From the NCBI GenBank assembly GCA_002269645.1, contig NIVC01001979.1, positions 62,001 through 126,000 of the forward strand: a stretch of DNA of 64,000 nt, read 5' to 3'. This document shows, piece after piece, positions 59,022 through 64,000 of the stretch (position 1 is the stretch's first letter; every line of letters starts with the position of its first letter). The position numbers and the translations under genes are program-made. The notes under the pieces are model-generated. The model did no database searches, was not told the origin of the DNA, and saw nothing but the letters and a program-made list of their open reading frames with translations. This DNA comes from Macrostomum lignano (Eukaryota).

Positions 59022-60658
59022 GGCTGCTCTGCAAGCTTTGATTAATGGAATTTGGCGATTTTTTAATCTGATAATGCCTACTATAAGTAGCAAGTTCAGC
59101 TTGATAAAATAAAATATGCAACGTTTTACAATTTTGAAAATTTCTTTCCAGATTCTTTTCAAATCTCTGAATTATTATGCTAGTCACTAGGATTATATAG
59201 AAGCATGACAAGTATTATGTTAATATATTGGACAAAGGTGGATTTATATAATGTTTTTATGCAAGTCCAGTATATGGCCTGTTTGACTTTAATACTCAAA
59301 ATAAAATAGTTTTAATTGAACATAAAGATGATATTAAATACGTATACAACTGTATTAAAAAACTTCTATGCTATCAGGCCATAGCTAAATTATTTAAATG
59401 ATTATAATGATTTTTTCTTAGCAAATGTGACAAAGTTTTCAAACAGTCTTAACGATATTTGACAACCTTTTAATTATTTATTTATTATTTTAATTAAAAG
59501 TTAGCCTAAGACCAAAAAGCATAAGGGACTATAGAAATTATTTTTATACCATTTTCTATTATAGCCTTATGTCTTTAATTTCTTTTTCCTTTTGTAGTAG
59601 TAGTATTAAATGTTGTTTCTTAATTGGAGGCAACAAAACTAACCCATTGAAAAAGAAAAAAAACAATAAGACAAAATATGGGGGTATATTGATATAAAAG
59701 GTTAGTTAAGAATTAAGAAATGTTAATATATTGGCTTTATATTTTGTCATCACTATATGTTAGAACTTATTATTTTTGTTGTTTCTTAAATAACAAGTCT
59801 CTTTATAAATTTCAGTTTTATAATAAGTTTGCTATGAAAAAGATGACATATTTTGTCATTGTTGCAATGAAAACTATATATATATTTATAATTTTTTTTA
59901 CATTTAAAAATATATATAGTACTACACACCAAAAGAATAAAGTAGTAATCTATTTTTTATTTACATAAGTCCATTGCAAGTTTACTCATTTAACAAAAAT
60001 TTTTTTTATTTGAATTTGCCTTTTGCATAGAAATTGGCAAGTCAATGGACACTTAGTCTGAAATCCTTAATATAGTAATAATGATCATATATTAGTGATT
60101 ATGAATAAGGATTCTAAAAGCGTTTATAAACTAATATGGTTAGATTAGATGAGATTTTAATCTTGATTTTAGTTAGTTTCAAGATCTTGACAAAAAGTCA
60201 AGGTTTATAACTGTATGAATTTCTATGACTATGATAATAACTAGTTCAATACTAAATAATCTTTGTTTAAACTTTTATTATTGTCATTGTATACATTAAA
60301 AAATAACTAATATAATAATAGTTAATAGGTGTACTAGATGCCAATTAAGCTTAATGTTGAATCTTAATATCTTTAAAAAATGGATTTCAACTTTTTTGAA
60401 AACTTGAAAATCTCAAAAATGTAATAGGCCTATTGTTGAACCCCAAAAAAACTATTTTGCTATTAAAATTAGATGGCTATGGAACATCTTAGCAAAGTAT
60501 TATGTTTTCTCAAATTCATTTTCCAAGGCTTTTTTCTTGGAAAAAAACATTAGAAAAAATCTTTAAAATCTTAAAAATTCATTTTTGAGATACAATGTTA
60601 CTTATGAATTGCCTTTTTTGCAAGAAAAGGGCATGATGTTGTTCTCAGTTTTATCCCT

Positions 60659-60929
60659 ATTGCAGCGCATGGCTTAAGTACGCCAGACGCCTACGCAACC
60701 TGCGCCACGCTGTGAAATGACTTACCTGTGAAAGAAACCCTAAACCAAAATTAACGCAGTTTTGGGTAAACGGCAGGAGTAACTATGACTGTCTTATCAA
60801 GCCTAAATGCCTCGGCATCTAATTAGTACCGCGCCGCGCCGTACTAATCGCCGCGCGCCGTACGCGCCGCGCCGCGCCATATTAGATCCGCGCCGGACGC
60901 CGTCCGCCAAAATGCCCATGCGCTGCAAT
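60659..60929. mobile_element. About 270-bp inverted-repeat element (14-bp TIRs) carrying a 28S rRNA fragment and GCGCC subterminal repeats
   Basis: ATTGCAGCGCATGG at 60659-60672 and CCATGCGCTGCAAT at 60916-60929. Confidence 0.7.
60764..60827 (+). pseudogene. Short decayed fragment of eukaryotic 28S rRNA (helix 69-71 region, R2/I-PpoI target)
   Basis: GGGTAAACGGCAGGAGTAACTATGACTGTCTTATCAAGCCTAAATGCCTCGGCATCTAATTAGT versus conserved 28S GGGTAAACGGCGGGAGTAACTATGACTCTCTTAAGGTAGCCAAATGCCTCGTCATCTAATTAGT. Confidence 0.88.
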
Positions 60930-61704
60930 CAGGAGTTTTATGCTACACCTATCTTTTTGGAATGGATTTTGCATTTTACTATGCTATTCTAATTCTGCTA
61001 TGGATTCTATATTTTACTAGGTGCCATAATGTTACACTTGGGATCTTGTCATTTTGCCAGAAAAATGATAGCATATAGAACCCTTCTCAGGCCAATATCT
61101 TGGCTTGGTACATTATATATATAGCACTAGGAGAGCAGAGCCTAATATTTTAGGGGTGGGGAGCATTAAGCATGGAGCATTGATATTTACATAGTCAAGA
61201 AAATGGCCTTTTTTCACATAAAATTCTAGCACAAAAGGGGGTCAGAAATGTCCTACACTAGTGCATTCTGGTGCAACAGCAAACAAGGAAGAAAAATTTG
61301 CCACAGTATAGTGCAAGACAAAAAGTGGCACAATGTAACATTGCATTTTCTATGAAACAGATTTAAATACAAGTTTTATTGGTATTTTTCAAATGGAAAA
61401 TTACTAATTTTTGCATTTTTTCAAAAAGTTGTAATATATAATGCAAGCAAACTTTTTTTAATAAGATTCATTCTAGTATAAGCATGCTAGGCCTATCTAT
61501 AATCTTGACTATTGTTTATTATATTATTACTTATAGCCTAAAATAAAAAAGCACTAAAAATAATAAACATTAGTTATTATAAATAAAATACTAAAGCACT
61601 AAAAATATCACTAAAAATTCAAGGGGCACAATGCATTATATATGCTAAATGGACTCATTATCTAGGGGGGGAGACACATGCCTCTAGTGCTACAAGCTCT
61701 TGTT

Positions 61705-62300
61705 GCCTATCCAGGATCGAATTCTTGTACAAAAGTTATTAAGTGTTTGTGCACGCTTGTCAAATTTGTGCACACTGAAAAAGAGCCTACTTGTGCACTT
61801 TTAAAGAAGGTGTGTGCGCACTTCATTGTATGCGCTTGCGCAGGAAGAAGCTGTTTGCTGCAGAATCATAGATAGGATTTGACTTTTACATGCATTCAAC
61901 ATGGTTATATGCCATGTGGTATATGCGCACTCAAGTTCTCCTACTTTTCATAGTCCCGAAGGTTGTTTTTATGCCAGAAAATTTCAAAACAAAAGTAAAA
62001 CAAAGAATAATAGTTTTTAGCAAAAACAGTTACTTTAGAGTTTAGTGAAACTCTTATAATTTTTTAAGAATATTTTCTCTAAAAAATGTAGTACTCAAGC
62101 TACTTTACACTTAAAGTAAAACTTTTTAATTTACGTTGGCATAGAATTGAAAAACTAGAAATTTCATTTTTTAGCACATGGGCCATGATTTGCATTATTA
62201 CTTATTTTTATAGCTGGCATGCGCTTGCGCACTGCTCCAAAAATGTGCGCACACATTTTCCTAGGTACCCCCAAGCGAGAATTCCATCCTGGCTACCCAT
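61705..62300. mobile_element. Possible decayed MITE with imperfect TIRs
   Basis: TATCCAGGATCGAAT near 61711 versus the reverse complement of ATTCCATCCTGGCTA near 62281; internal GTGTGCGCAC motifs on both sides. Confidence 0.35.
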
Positions 62301-63061
62301 GTGTAATACAGATGATTGATGATATAGACTATAGTGTGCAATATAGGGCAATGTTCAACATAGCATAGCAAATATAAAAAAGATAGGGCCTAAAATGTAG
62401 GCCTCTACATTTAAAATAAAAACCATTCATACTGTTACTGTGAAAAACACAATGTTTAAAAGGTTAAGTTAAAAATAAACATTTCTACTATTTCATTACA
62501 TTTGAAAAAAATTTAATAAATATAACACCTAGAATAGATTTTAGAATAAAAGAGCAAAATACCTAGAGTAGATTAAAATGTTATGATTTTAAAATCCTGA
62601 CGAGTTACAAATCAAAGAACCAGTTAAAATGGGGCTTTATGCCCTAGTTTTTAGGTTTTAGTTTTCTTTAATTTGCTATTGAGCTCGAAAAATTTTTCTT
62701 AGGCCCTAACTACTGTCTTGACGTACGTAAGCAAGGTGTTTAAGCTAAGTTTATCCACGAATTTTTTATCACAGCTTGTAAAAATTGTAATGCCTCGAAA
62801 AGTTTTGCTAGGATTGGCTAGGATAGGATGAGGGTCCTTATCACTTATTCTGTTACTAGCTTTAATCCCGTCAATCCAACTCTAACTACGAGCCGCGTAA
62901 ATGCTCATATTGTTGAACTAGATGATGATGATTGACTACTACTGACGTCCGTATCAAACTAAAATGCAAGAAATTAGTTCAAAATATATGTTCTACGTAG
63001 AGCAGTAAAACTAAACAAACAACCTTTGTTATTCTTATTGATTGATTTGCGATAAACTACC

Positions 63062-63170
63062 ATAGCTAAAAAGGTCTCTTACTGAGAAGACTCAATTTAT
63101 TGCATGTTAGCTATAACTCTCACGCCCAGTAGCGATGTCCAGGTTTGTCGCTCCTGAGCCCGGACCTCAG
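63062..63170 (+). ncRNA. Spliced-leader (SL)-like sequence: SL RNA gene variant/pseudogene or SL-capped retrocopy
   Basis: GGTCTCTTACTGAGAAGACTCAATTTATTGCATG (63073-63106) differs by one base from the 3' 34 nt of the Macrostomum lignano SL as I recall it (needs verification) and ends in the platyhelminth-typical ATG; short hairpins downstream. Confidence 0.65.
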
Positions 63171-63339
63171 GCAGGGTCCATATGAGCCTTTTCATATTGC
63201 TTGTTCTTGTTCTGGAACCAGATCAAATTTGTAAAGTATTACTTTTTGTCGCCTAAACTAAAGGGATATTCTTGCTATAAGTTACACGAGCTAGTTATTG
63301 AATGGCAAGAAGAATTAGAAGAGAGTTTAAAATTATGCA

Positions 63340-64000
63340 ATTACATTACATTACATTACAACGACGCTAGGGTCGGGGGGCGCTGGCGCGCACACGATTG
63401 CGAAAAAGAGGGGCAGGGCAGGTCGCAGCAGTCTGGGGAGTCAGTCCAATTGCCTCCAGGTCGGCAACAAGTGTCAGCTCCCGGAGCGTCTGGGTCCGCC
63501 CTTGGCCGCGACGGAACCGTTCGGTCGGCGGGTGCAGAACGGCCAGTCTGAGCGGGTTGTCGTCGCCGCGGGCGAACCGCCGCAGGCAGTGTCCCAGCAG
63601 CAGGTTGCGGTGCATTGCGTCCAGGGCCCGTTTGCGCATGGTTGTCATCGGGACAGCCTCCATGCCGTAGAGAATTGGATCGGCTCTACAGGCGCGGAAC
63701 AGGTGGATCTTCAGGTCGTCCCACGCTCCGGAGGTGAAGATCGGCCTGAGGTGGTGTATGGCGCGCCAGGCCTGGGTCCTCCTGTCCGCGATGATCGCCT
63801 CTGGGCTCATCACGAGGGTGCCTAGGTAGCGGAAGTCGCTGCACGTTGAGATGGCCTCGCCGTTGGGCAGGGTCAGCGGTGGGGCATTGTCAGCACCCAC
63901 ATGCAGCACCTCTGTCTTGCCTGCGTTAATCTGCAGGCCGATCCGTCGAGCGCCTTCCTCGGAGAGTCGAGTAAGAGCGTGCTGAGCTGCTACAGTGTCT
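63340..64000 (-). mobile_element. 3' end of an RTE-clade non-LTR retrotransposon with a (TGTAA)n tail, continuing beyond the window; contains lesions
   Basis: GLQINAGKTEVLHVG...CSDFRYLGTLV...RRTQAWRA...LKIHLFRA...ILYGMEA; ATTACATTACATTACATTACA at 63340-63360 is the tail. Confidence 0.85.

Overview
Eukaryotic, intron-containing, minisatellite-rich DNA. It is most consistent with the flatworm Macrostomum lignano (inference from a spliced-leader-like sequence ending in ATG, TTAGGG repeats, and GC-rich exons in AT-rich, repeat-laden introns). Eight protein genes can be built by hand with GT-AG junctions and consistent phases: a CPEB2/3/4 (orb2-type) N-terminal exon (-, runs off the window), HDAC1/2 (-), harmonin/USH1C-like (+), spen/SHARP (+), transportin-3 (+), a Polo-like kinase (+), a UCP1-3-type mitochondrial carrier (+) and RPS15A (-). 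Also present are about 18 tandem-repeat arrays, two tRNA-derived SINEs, several MITE/foldback elements and three non-LTR retrotransposon relics. The most unusual signals are: (1) an HDAC1 intron array of 11 extra copies of the real 3' splice site, each followed by an in-frame stop; (2) a spliced-leader-like sequence at 63.07 kb with no GT after its terminal ATG; (3) a small inverted-repeat element carrying the 28S rRNA segment that spans the R2/I-PpoI target site, mutated mainly at that site; (4) a 33-bp perfect palindrome flanked by an 8-bp direct repeat, possibly a minimal transposon; (5) an array of RFX X-box-like motifs in the Polo kinase first intron. All exon models and homologies were read by eye and recalled from known families; no database searches were run.
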